From the NCBI GenBank assembly GCA_965248575.1, contig CBDFJQ010000002.1, forward strand, positions 2,784,001-2,848,000: 64,000 nucleotides of DNA, written 5' to 3'. Below the pieces are notes generated by a model. It saw only the letters and a list, made by a program, of their open reading frames with translations. It had not been told where the DNA came from and searched no databases. Source of the stretch: Planctomycetota bacterium. Lineage in GTDB: Bacteria; Planctomycetota; B15-G4. A program made the translations under genes and the position numbers. Positions 9,371 to 18,254 of the stretch are shown one piece after another (within the stretch, counting starts at the first letter, position 1; each line of letters starts with the position of its first letter).

Positions 9371-10234
9371 ATGGCCCGACCCGATCACCTGATTGCCTAC
9401 TTCGGCCACCACAAGTGCGCCTCCACGTGGATCCACAACATCGTGGGCAACGTCTGTGATGAAACGGGGCTGCAGTGCAGCTACCTGGCCAACGACGGGA
9501 TGTTCAACCACGACCTGCCCGGCTATGTCGCGCAGAACGAGGTCGATTTCCTGTGCCTTGTCAACGCCAACATCGGTCATGTGCGCAAGCTGCCCGACTT
9601 CCGTGGCTTCCACATGGTGCGGGACCCGCGCGACATCCTGGCCAGCGCCTACTTCAGCCATCTGCACAGCCACAAGACCGACGCCTGGCCGGCACTGGTG
9701 GAACACCGCGCCAAGCTGGAGACCGTCAGCAAGGAGCAGGGCCTCTTCCTCGAGATGGAGTTCAACGCCGAGGTCTTCGAGGACATGTGGACCTGGGACT
9801 ACGAGCAACCCAACGTCATGGAGCTCAAGCAGGAGATCTTCACCAAGGACCCGCTGAACGGCTTCGTGGAGGTCTTCCGCTTCCTGGGCGTGCTGGACGA
9901 GACGCACCACGGCAAGAAGGCCCAGGCCAAGTACCTCCTGAGCTCCGCCGCCAACGTCATCAGCCGCCACAGCAAGTTGCCCATCGGCAAGCCCATGGCC
10001 TCACTGCCCGTGGAGCGCCTGTTGGGCATCGTCCACAACCACCGCTTCGAGACGAAGACAGCGGGCCGCGAAGCCGGCAAGGAAGACGTGAAGAGCCACT
10101 ACCGCAAGGGTCAGCCGGGCGACTGGCGCAACCACTTCAACGAACAGCACGTGGCGGCCTTCAAGGAGCGGCACAACGAGCTGCTGATCCGCATGGGCTA
10201 TGAGGACAGCCCGGACTGGGGCCTCGAAGCCTGA
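9371..10234 (+). CDS. PAPS-dependent sulfotransferase domain protein
   Basis: HHKCASTW (5'-PSB-like), VRDPRDILAS (3'-PB) and YRKGQPGDWRNHF motifs. Confidence 0.85.
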   Translation: MARPDHLIAYFGHHKCASTWIHNIVGNVCDETGLQCSYLANDGMFNHDLPGYVAQNEVDFLCLVNANIGHVRKLPDFRGFHMVRDPRDILASAYFSHLHSHKTDAWPALVEHRAKLETVSKEQGLFLEMEFNAEVFEDMWTWDYEQPNVMELKQEIFTKDPLNGFVEVFRFLGVLDETHHGKKAQAKYLLSSAANVISRHSKLPIGKPMASLPVERLLGIVHNHRFETKTAGREAGKEDVKSHYRKGQPGDWRNHFNEQHVAAFKERHNELLIRMGYEDSPDWGLEA

Positions 10235-10258
10235 GCGCAGCGCTCGGCTCGCTCCCTA

Positions 10259-12598
10259 CTAAGAGTCGGGGTGGAACAAGGTGTCCTCGGACACGCCGCC
10301 CGTCCTGGAATCGACGCTGAAGCGCGCCGGCCCCGTGGGTGAACCCACGTAGAAACTGGGCCAGTTGTCGAACACGGGATTGCTGGGGGGTACCGAGGTC
10401 TCACTCGTGAGCACCCGCAGGCTCTCTCCCGGGACCATGTAGTAGGTCTGGTACTCCCAAGGCCCCAGGTCCACGGGGTCGTTGCTGGCCACCGCGTCAT
10501 GGGTGAAGGAGGCCACCGGCGACCAGGGAGCCGCCGACGTGAGCACCCCCATGGTGAGCAGCAACGGACGATTCTGGGGGTTCAGGGGCAGGATGATCTG
10601 GTTCAACCAGGCCGGTTCCCCGAGGTGCTGCACCTGGACGAGGAAGAGCATGCCCGGCGGCCCCACGATCGAGAAGGTGCTGCGCGCACCGAGCTCCGTA
10701 ACGAGCGGCGCCTCGACGACCACGGGTGCCCGAAGGGCTTCAAACTCGTGCGTGATGGGCGTCCCCAACTCGTCCCCCGGCGCCGGGTGGTGGTAGTGAA
10801 TACCCCCGTCGGTGAGGGGCAGCCCATCGATGGCCCACTGCAGGAGATCGGCCTCACGCGGATAGGGCTGGGTGCTCTTGTGGCCCAGCCGAAACTCCAC
10901 GTCGAAGCGATAGGGAACCTGGAACTGCTCCAGCTTCTCGATGTAGGACACCATGTGCGCGAAGGGCTTCGTGGGGTCGTGCGTGCCCGTCTTGAACAAG
11001 ACCGTCGTCCCACGGTCCTTCAGGTTCTGCACGAAGGTGGACGAGCCCGAAGCCTGGGTCGCGTCGAAGAGCTCTGGCGCCGTGGTTCCCAACAGGTTGT
11101 AGGCCGCCAACTCGGGCCCCGTCTGCCCCGCTTGATCGGGGTTCTCCCAGCCGGTGGTGATGGAAGCCGTGTAGCCCGTGGACTCCTGCAGCCCCGTCTG
11201 CACCAAGGCATAGGTGGGGTTGGCGTAGCGCAGCAACGTGTCTGCCGGGTAGGTGATGGGCGAACTGGTCAGCATGAACACGACACGCAGCGAGGGGTCC
11301 AGGTCGGGATGTCCCCAAAGCGCCAACTCGGCCGTGCCGCCACGCGAGAACCCGGAGCTGACGATGGTATTCAGGTCGAGAGCCAACGGCCCCGTCACCT
11401 CCGCGAAGAGCTTGTTCATGGTGTGGATGGCCGAACCATGGACCCCCACCGTGCTGCGGGCACCGCCCCCATTGGTCAGCACGCCCACAACCTTGTGGTT
11501 GGGGTTGGCCAGGTACACATCCGCCAAGGTGGAGAAGAACACCTTCCCGCTGTTGCTGAACCTCAGGACGCTCGTGGTGTCGTAACCGCTGTTGAACAGC
11601 ACCGGGTGCCCCGGGCTCGCCGTACTGGACCAATGGGGCGGCAGGATGAAGCTGGCCAGGCAGTTCTCCGAACCCTCATGCGCAGGGTCGTCGAAGGTCA
11701 CCACATAGTTGGCGAGCAGCTGGAAAATAGGCAGGTCGTCGTCCACCAGCCGGTCCTGCTCCGCCAGGGGCTCCGAGTCGTCCGTGTAGTTCCGGAAGCC
11801 GATAGGAATACCGCAATAGGCACGAACCCGATCCGAGAAGCGGATCATGGCCAGCTTGGTGTAGGCCTTGAGGGACCAGTCCTCGGCCATGTAGCGCTCG
11901 TAGCTCGGCACCATCGCCTCGCTATGACTCCCGGTGCTGTCCTCGAAGAACGAGTATTCCGCCGAGTTCCAGAAGTAGGGCGTGGGCGGCAAAGCAGGAG
12001 GCATGTCCTCCCCACCCACCTGGGTCTGGGTGTACTGCCCGTTCACGATGTCCACATCGGTGATGCCGTCGGTGGCCCCCATGGACCACGAGCCGTCCGA
12101 GCCAGTCGCGTCCCGCTTCCAATGCGTCACCATGCCGACACCGCCCGCAAAGCGATTGGTCAGGAGCGGATGCACCACGACGAGAAAGGCCTGCCCCGAA
12201 ACCGTCGTGTGCGTGAACTCCGCGAAGGGCAGCGGCTGCCCCAACCCATCTTGCAGCACCACAGCCGCCGGCACATACAGCCTGACGGTCTGCGTCGCGG
12301 GATGGAACTCGGCGATGCGCAAGACCTCTGGCGTCGAGCCGAACAACTCGGCGCGCACGTGCAAGGTCTGACTCAGGCCCACACTGCTCTGGACGAACTC
12401 GCTCAGGGGAACGAGGTCTTGCCCGAGATCATCGACCGGATTGAACAAGGCCACGAGATCGCTCGCCGGGGCCGTCTGAGCCGCCGCCGGTGCGAGCGCG
12501 GAAGAACCCAGCAGGAATGCCAGCGACACTCCCACACAGAACACGACACATGGCGCCGCCCAGCGCCCACTGCACACCTTCACCATCTGAGTGCCCAC
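10259..12598 (-). CDS. Secreted protein with an alpha/beta-hydrolase domain
   Basis: Signal peptide ending AAA-Q; GFSRGG nucleophile elbow, GTHD acid and LGH His in triad order. Confidence 0.6.
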   Translation of the reverse strand: MGTQMVKVCSGRWAAPCVVFCVGVSLAFLLGSSALAPAAAQTAPASDLVALFNPVDDLGQDLVPLSEFVQSSVGLSQTLHVRAELFGSTPEVLRIAEFHPATQTVRLYVPAAVVLQDGLGQPLPFAEFTHTTVSGQAFLVVVHPLLTNRFAGGVGMVTHWKRDATGSDGSWSMGATDGITDVDIVNGQYTQTQVGGEDMPPALPPTPYFWNSAEYSFFEDSTGSHSEAMVPSYERYMAEDWSLKAYTKLAMIRFSDRVRAYCGIPIGFRNYTDDSEPLAEQDRLVDDDLPIFQLLANYVVTFDDPAHEGSENCLASFILPPHWSSTASPGHPVLFNSGYDTTSVLRFSNSGKVFFSTLADVYLANPNHKVVGVLTNGGGARSTVGVHGSAIHTMNKLFAEVTGPLALDLNTIVSSGFSRGGTAELALWGHPDLDPSLRVVFMLTSSPITYPADTLLRYANPTYALVQTGLQESTGYTASITTGWENPDQAGQTGPELAAYNLLGTTAPELFDATQASGSSTFVQNLKDRGTTVLFKTGTHDPTKPFAHMVSYIEKLEQFQVPYRFDVEFRLGHKSTQPYPREADLLQWAIDGLPLTDGGIHYHHPAPGDELGTPITHEFEALRAPVVVEAPLVTELGARSTFSIVGPPGMLFLVQVQHLGEPAWLNQIILPLNPQNRPLLLTMGVLTSAAPWSPVASFTHDAVASNDPVDLGPWEYQTYYMVPGESLRVLTSETSVPPSNPVFDNWPSFYVGSPTGPARFSVDSRTGGVSEDTLFHPDS

Positions 12599-12771
12599 CC
12601 GTTTGGTTGCAGAACGTTTGGAGATTCCCGAGGCCCGATCCTAAGCCAAGAGACGTGCAGCGTCTCCATCTCTCCGAAGTTTGACACGAGGTCGCAGAAT
12701 CTTCACGGGCGTGCGCTCGGTTCGCAGTCGCACCCGTGAAAGCAAGCAGCTTGCTGCATGGATCGGGCGCT

Positions 12772-14016
12772 TCAGGCCCCGCCGCCGAAGGCGTCCCAGT
12801 CCACCGCATGTCGGTCGAGTTTTGGCAAGTCCACGCGCATCACCTCGAGGTACTTCTGCGCAGCCCCCGTGTTGAAGACGACCACCGTTTCGTCGGCACC
12901 GACATGACCTTCGAGCACGGCCCGTTGCAGAACCTCCAGACACACGGCGCTTTCCGGGCAGAGGGAAATGCCCTCGAGCGCAGCGGCCTGACGCATGCGC
13001 GGGCGCAAGCAGGACTCGTCGCCCGCCATGGCGCGGCCACCGCTTTCGCGCACGGCATCCAGGATCATGAAGTCGCCCACGGCCACGGGCACACGCAGCC
13101 CCGCAGCTTCGGTGTGCGGGTCGGCTGGAGCCGAGGCAAAACGTTCACCGGCGTCGAAGGCCGTCGCGATGGGTGAACACCCCGACGCCTGGCAACTGAA
13201 CATGCGCGGTCGCTTCGCGCTCTCGAGCCAACCCAGGGCCCCCAGCTCCGCAAAGGCCTTCCACATGCCGATCAGACCCGTTCCACCGCCCGTTGGATAG
13301 AAGATGGCGTCCGGCAACTCCCAGTCCATCTGCTCGGCGAGTTCCAGCCCCATGGTCTTCTTGCCCTCGATGCGATAGGGCTCCTTGAGGGTGCTCACGT
13401 CGAACCAACCGAAGCGTTCACTGCCTTCGCGCACCAGGGCACCGCAGTCGTTGATAAGTCCGTTGACCAGGAAGACCCGGGCGCCGAAGAGGGCCGCCTC
13501 GTAACGGTTCACTTCCGGTGTGTCCTCCGGCATCAGCACGACGCACTCGAGCCCTGCGCGCGCCGCATAGGCCGCCAGGGCGCCCCCCGCATTGCCCGCC
13601 GTGGGGATCGCGAGGCTCTGCACGCCGAGTTGCTTCGCCATGGAGACTGCGAGCGCCATGCCCCGCGCCTTGAAGCTGCCGGTGGGCAAGCGCGATTCAT
13701 CCTTGATGAGCAGGCGCCCCACGCCCACCTGCTTCGCGAGCTTCGGACAGTCCACGAGCGGCGTCGTGGTTTCGCCCAAGGAAACGATGTGCGCACTGTC
13801 GTCCACGGGCAACAGCTCGCGATAGCGCCACAAGCCGGACTCGCGGCCCACCAGGTCACTGCGAGAGACGGCAGCACCCACGGCGTCCAGGTCGTAGCGC
13901 ACCCACAGCGGGCGTCCCTCGTGCACGGTCTGCAAGCTGCGGGCGGGAAGCTGCGTGCCATCGATGGCCGACTCGAGATGGGTCACGAAGGACGACGTGC
14001 GGTGCAGTGTGCTCAA
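12772..14016 (-). CDS. thrC: Threonine synthase (fold type II PLP enzyme)
   Basis: SLGETTTPL, PTGSFKARG, TAGNAG, EGKKTMGLE, PTGGGTG and FNTG motifs. Confidence 0.8.
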   Translation of the reverse strand: MSTLHRTSSFVTHLESAIDGTQLPARSLQTVHEGRPLWVRYDLDAVGAAVSRSDLVGRESGLWRYRELLPVDDSAHIVSLGETTTPLVDCPKLAKQVGVGRLLIKDESRLPTGSFKARGMALAVSMAKQLGVQSLAIPTAGNAGGALAAYAARAGLECVVLMPEDTPEVNRYEAALFGARVFLVNGLINDCGALVREGSERFGWFDVSTLKEPYRIEGKKTMGLELAEQMDWELPDAIFYPTGGGTGLIGMWKAFAELGALGWLESAKRPRMFSCQASGCSPIATAFDAGERFASAPADPHTEAAGLRVPVAVGDFMILDAVRESGGRAMAGDESCLRPRMRQAAALEGISLCPESAVCLEVLQRAVLEGHVGADETVVVFNTGAAQKYLEVMRVDLPKLDRHAVDWDAFGGGA

Positions 14017-14096
14017 GGGCTTGCTCGGGGGCTTGTGCGGGGACTTGCAGAAGTTGAGGCGTGGCGACCGCTGTCAGGACGCGCCGGGAGCCCAGC

Positions 14097-15281
14097 CTAC
14101 AGCGCGGCGGTTCCCAGCACGTGCCCCACACCTGTCCACACCGAAAGCAGGAAGAGCATGCCGGCCAGGGCGCGGACGACGGCCTTGTCGTGCAACTCCA
14201 TCGCGCCCAGGGCCAGGGGCCAGAGCGTCCACAGGTAGCGGGTCGTGGATTGGGCCGCGAGCCCCGTGTAGGACAGCGCCAAGACGCCCATGAGCAGCGC
14301 CAGCAACGCCAGCCGCCCGTCCAGCTTGCGCAGCTTGACTCCCATCAGGATCACGATCGGCAGGGTCAGATAGATGAGCACCACGAAGGAGGTCTCGATG
14401 CCCAGCTCATAGAGGCTGCCGGGGCCACCCAGGAAGGAGAAACGCATCTGCCAGATGTCCTCCTGCAAGCCATTGAGGTCGTGGGCAGACATCTTCCACA
14501 GGAAGTAGCCCCCCACGGGCAGCGCAGCCCACAGCGCCGCACAGGCCTCGAGCAGCTTGCGTGGGACGCCTTCCGAAGCTCGCAACACTCGCAGGAGTTC
14601 GATCACCCCGAGCGCCAGCAAGAAGGGAGCGCCAATGTGCCGCACCATCACGCTCGCCCCGGCCAGGAGGGACGCCCCGGCGAGCCACGCGAGATGCCGC
14701 TTGCCGCCCACGCCAACCTTGGCAGCATCCTGGGAAGACTCCCGCGCAGACACTGCTTCCGCTTTCAGGTAGGCCCACCATGCAAGCATCGAAACCCACA
14801 TCCACGTGCTCTCGCTGTAGGCCACCGTGCCAAAGGTCAACCAGCCGGGCATGGTGATCAGGATCAGCAGGGCGCCGTCCGCCGAACAGCGCCGCCGACG
14901 CCCATAGACCTGCGCCAACAGGAAGAACATACCGAGGGCAAGCACAGCGCTGCCGTTGGAAACCATGACGGCGGACGTCTGCGTATTGCCCACCACCCAG
15001 TCCACGCCACGGATGAGCAACGGGAAGCCCATGGGGTAGTTGCGGCTGAAAGTGTCGTAATAACCCTCGCGTGCCAGGCGCTGGTAGGCGTTGCTGTCAA
15101 AGCCGCGACTCAGGTACCAGACCACATCGTTGGCGTTGCCCTCGCGCGGTGCCTGATACGAGGGTTCCCCCTGCTCATGGTCCGCCACCGTGACCAGGAT
15201 CAGGATCAAGGCCGCCTTCACGAGCAGGGCGCGCAGCAGCCATTTGCTGAAGGGGGTGCTGACTGGAGGCGTCTCCGTCAA
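14097..15281 (-). CDS. GT-C fold membrane glycosyltransferase (PIG-V/mannosyltransferase-like)
   Basis: Multi-TM; GFDSNAYQRLAREGY resembles the WD..Y..IA..GY motif; YPMGFPLL, AYSES and TRY motifs. Confidence 0.6.
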   Translation of the reverse strand: MTETPPVSTPFSKWLLRALLVKAALILILVTVADHEQGEPSYQAPREGNANDVVWYLSRGFDSNAYQRLAREGYYDTFSRNYPMGFPLLIRGVDWVVGNTQTSAVMVSNGSAVLALGMFFLLAQVYGRRRRCSADGALLILITMPGWLTFGTVAYSESTWMWVSMLAWWAYLKAEAVSARESSQDAAKVGVGGKRHLAWLAGASLLAGASVMVRHIGAPFLLALGVIELLRVLRASEGVPRKLLEACAALWAALPVGGYFLWKMSAHDLNGLQEDIWQMRFSFLGGPGSLYELGIETSFVVLIYLTLPIVILMGVKLRKLDGRLALLALLMGVLALSYTGLAAQSTTRYLWTLWPLALGAMELHDKAVVRALAGMLFLLSVWTGVGHVLGTAAL

Positions 15282-16474
15282 AACATGCTCGGCATCCAGG
15301 GTGCCGACCCGGCGAAAGCGCTGCGCAAGGCCGCGCGCGAGGACTCGGACAGACCGGGGTCCACCAGGCCTTGGAGCATCAGGTTCTCCGGGGTCTGGAA
15401 GCCGGTGTAGAGCGCAGCCAAGCCGCGCACATCCAGACGCACGCTGCCGTCACCGCCCGGCTCCACCTCGCCCCGCCCGCCGCGGATGCGCAGCACCCGT
15501 CGCCCCGCATTGCGCTCCACCACATCGTCGGCGACGTCCAGAGCCAGCTCGAGCTCCAAGCCCGCCGGATAACCCCGCGCGCTCAGGGCGGCGTCCACAT
15601 CCACGAGCCGCGTCATCCAATGCATGTTCAGCGTGCACTTGGAGCGCCACTCGGGCTGCATCGTCAGGAGCGGGTGATGGGGGCAGGCGAAGAGCGTCGC
15701 CGAGCCGGCCATGCTCTGGTGCGCGCCGAGGAAAGCCAACAGCCGACGCCCCCCCGCCTCGCTGTTGATGACCAGGTCCTTGATGGCCAACTCGTACCAA
15801 CCATCCTTGTCATCCACCTGCGTGAAGGAGACATAGGCGCTGATGGCGCCGTCCTCTTCCACCACGTGATGGCTGGAAGCCTGCTTGTACGGATTGCGCA
15901 CGCGGCCCCAGATGTAGTCGCCCCGGTCGAGCAGGCCCGCCTGCCCCTGGGCGAAGCGATCGTAGGCAGCTTGCATCGCCTGAAAGTCGAGAGAATCGGC
16001 GCTGCGCACCTCCAGCTCTCCCGCCCTGGTGGCCATGCCCTTGAGGGGCATGTTCACTTCCCAGCGGCTGCCCGCCAGCTCGTAGCCTGCTGAGCGGTAG
16101 AGGTGAAGGGTGGCGGGGTAGAGGGTGGAGAGAGGCACACCCTGCGTCGCGAGCTCGCGCATTGCCTCGCGCATGAGCACACTGGCCGCGCCCCGCCCTC
16201 GGTAGGCGGGATCGACACCGACGGCGGCCACCCCCTGCATGGGCACCGAGCGCCCGCCGAACCACTGCCCCATGGGCACCAGCATCAAACCGCCCACGAC
16301 GCGACGGCCTGCGCCCACGTCGCGCACGCAGCGCAAGGAACCCAGGCCCCCGGCGGCCTCGAAATTGTGTCGCAAGCGCTCCGCCTCCGCGTTGAAGCAG
16401 ACACCCAGGATCTCTGCCAGCGCCTCGGCCTCCGCCGCGCCCTGGGGCACACCCACGTCATAGGTCCGCGTCAT
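15278..16474 (-). CDS. Eis-family GNAT acetyltransferase with C-terminal SCP2-like domain
   Basis: QWFGGRSVPM.GVAAVGVDPAYRGRGAAS, LYPA..LYR..GYE, RLVDVDAAL.ARGY motifs; C-terminal PWMPSMF; ATGA overlap at 16471-16474. Confidence 0.88.
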   Translation of the reverse strand: MTRTYDVGVPQGAAEAEALAEILGVCFNAEAERLRHNFEAAGGLGSLRCVRDVGAGRRVVGGLMLVPMGQWFGGRSVPMQGVAAVGVDPAYRGRGAASVLMREAMRELATQGVPLSTLYPATLHLYRSAGYELAGSRWEVNMPLKGMATRAGELEVRSADSLDFQAMQAAYDRFAQGQAGLLDRGDYIWGRVRNPYKQASSHHVVEEDGAISAYVSFTQVDDKDGWYELAIKDLVINSEAGGRRLLAFLGAHQSMAGSATLFACPHHPLLTMQPEWRSKCTLNMHWMTRLVDVDAALSARGYPAGLELELALDVADDVVERNAGRRVLRIRGGRGEVEPGGDGSVRLDVRGLAALYTGFQTPENLMLQGLVDPGLSESSRAALRSAFAGSAPWMPSMF

Positions 16475-17703
16475 GCGACTCGTTCCTCCGCCAGCGCATC
16501 CGTCAGGGCGCTTGCCAACAACTGGTACTGCTCCGCCTTGTTGTAGAGCTGCGCCGAAACACGCACCAGGCGATAGGGTGCCGCCGGAAAACTCGGGATC
16601 GGCACCTCGATGCGATGCTGCGTCCAGAGCTTGTCTTGCAGGGGCGAGGACTGCAACGGCGACCGGTTCTTGCCGCTCGGGTCGATGCGCAAGGGCTCGG
16701 GGGGCAAGGGCACGGCTGCCATGGACCCGATCATGTCCTGGGGAGCGGGCTCCTCGATGCACAGGGCCGCGCACAAGATGGCTTGGGCTGCCAAGGCCTT
16801 CGCCCGATTGCTGGCCATCACCGCCGGCCAACCCCCGTCCACCAAGCCAGCCATGGCGTCGATGGCGGCGGGGACGCAGAGCCAGGCCGTGGGGTCGGCC
16901 GTGCCCGTCCAATCGAACTCGAGCCAGTAGCGCGAGCGATCACTGCGCGGGCTGTTCGCACCGTGGCTGATGACCAACGGGCGCATCGCGTCCCGCCGGT
17001 CCTCGCGCACTGAGAGGAAGGCCGCGCCCTTGGGTGCGCACATCCACTTGTGGCAATGGCCGACGTAGTAGGGCAGGTCGAGGGCCTTCAGATCCAAGGG
17101 CAACATGCCCGGTGCGTGGGCCCCGTCCACGAGCAGGTCGACGCCTCGGGTGCGCAGCTCGTGGGCCACGCGCTCCACGGGCAAGACCAGCGCCGTGGGG
17201 CTCGTGACGTGGTCCATCAACACCAACTTGGTGCGATCACTCAACGCCTCGAGCACCGCCTGCACCACCTGTTCGGAGGTTTGGACAGGCCACGGCACGG
17301 GCGCCACCACGACCTTGGCCCCTACCCCCTCCGCCACGGCCAGGGCGGCGTTCGTGCAGGCGTTGTAGCCATGGTCCAGCACGACGATCTCGTCGCCCAC
17401 CTGAAACTCCAGGCCGCGCAGGATCGTATTCACCCCCGTGGTGGGGTTGGACACGAAGGCCAGCCCCTCGGCGTCCGCGTTCAAGAACTGGGCAAGACGG
17501 GTACGGGCTTCATCCAGAAGCGGTTCGTAGGAGCGCAACATGAAGTCCATGGGATTGCGCTCGAGACGGGCCCGCAGCTCCTGCTGCTCGGCCAGCACCT
17601 CGCGTGGACAGGCACCGAACGACCCGTGGTTGAGGAAGACGATGTCCGGGTCGAGGGACCACGCGGAATGGAGGTCGTCAGCAGGCAAGGCGGGTGGACT
17701 CAT
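16471..17703 (-). CDS. Aminotransferase class V PLP enzyme (isopenicillin N epimerase / L-cysteine desulfhydrase / Egt2-like)
   Basis: FLNHGSFGACP, DHVTSPTA, VDGAHAPG, HKWMCAPKG, PLVISHG and RVSAQLYN motifs. Confidence 0.85.
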   Translation of the reverse strand: MSPPALPADDLHSAWSLDPDIVFLNHGSFGACPREVLAEQQELRARLERNPMDFMLRSYEPLLDEARTRLAQFLNADAEGLAFVSNPTTGVNTILRGLEFQVGDEIVVLDHGYNACTNAALAVAEGVGAKVVVAPVPWPVQTSEQVVQAVLEALSDRTKLVLMDHVTSPTALVLPVERVAHELRTRGVDLLVDGAHAPGMLPLDLKALDLPYYVGHCHKWMCAPKGAAFLSVREDRRDAMRPLVISHGANSPRSDRSRYWLEFDWTGTADPTAWLCVPAAIDAMAGLVDGGWPAVMASNRAKALAAQAILCAALCIEEPAPQDMIGSMAAVPLPPEPLRIDPSGKNRSPLQSSPLQDKLWTQHRIEVPIPSFPAAPYRLVRVSAQLYNKAEQYQLLASALTDALAEERVA

Positions 17704-17839
17704 GGAGCGATTGGACACGGTGGGCTGGCACACGTCCAGAGGCACACGCGCCGCATTGCCCTCACCTGTCCGCCGTCGCGCCGCTTCAGCCGCGTGTTCG
17801 CGCGCCCTTTCCGCTACCTTCCATGACGAATGGACCGCC

Positions 17840-18172
17840 ATGACCGCTGACGCCACGCCCCCCGCCGAGCCCCCACCGACCTGGTGGGTCTATGTGCTGC
17901 GCCGGTCCGACGGGGCGCTGTACACGGGCATTGCCACCGACGTCACGCGGCGCCTGGCCGAACATGAAGCGGGCGAGGGGCGCGGGTCAAAGGCCCTCCG
18001 TGGTCGCGGCCCGCTCTCGCTCGAAGTCTCACGAGAGGTGGGCGATCGCAGCCTCGCCACCCGGGTCGAAGCACGCCTCAAGCGCTTGCCCAAAGCCCGC
18101 AAGGAGCTCTGGCTCAAGGAAGGTCGCCTCATCGAACGCGTGCTCGAGGCCTTGGGCGCCGACTCTCCCTGA
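17840..18172 (+). CDS. GIY-YIG nuclease family protein (YhbQ/UPF0213-like)
   Basis: WWVYVLR..DGALYTGIATDV.RRL.EH..G.GSKALRGRGPL..E.RLK pattern. Confidence 0.88.
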   Translation: MTADATPPAEPPPTWWVYVLRRSDGALYTGIATDVTRRLAEHEAGEGRGSKALRGRGPLSLEVSREVGDRSLATRVEARLKRLPKARKELWLKEGRLIERVLEALGADSP

Positions 18173-18254
18173 GGGAGACCTCCTGCCTGGGCTTCCCATC
18201 AAGGGCACCCCATGGGTTTAGGCTGCCCGACCGTGCCCGCCGATAAGGAGCGGC

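Noticed and set aside
10499..12739. 746-aa plus-strand ORF (also 18129-20126 minus, 42530-44041 plus, 4351-5991 minus)
   Set aside because: These overlap well-supported genes in other frames or strands and have Arg/Gly/His-rich shadow composition.
17840..18172. GIY-YIG gene as a homing endonuclease or mobile element
   Set aside because: Short stand-alone YhbQ-like type; no intron, terminal repeats or transposase nearby.
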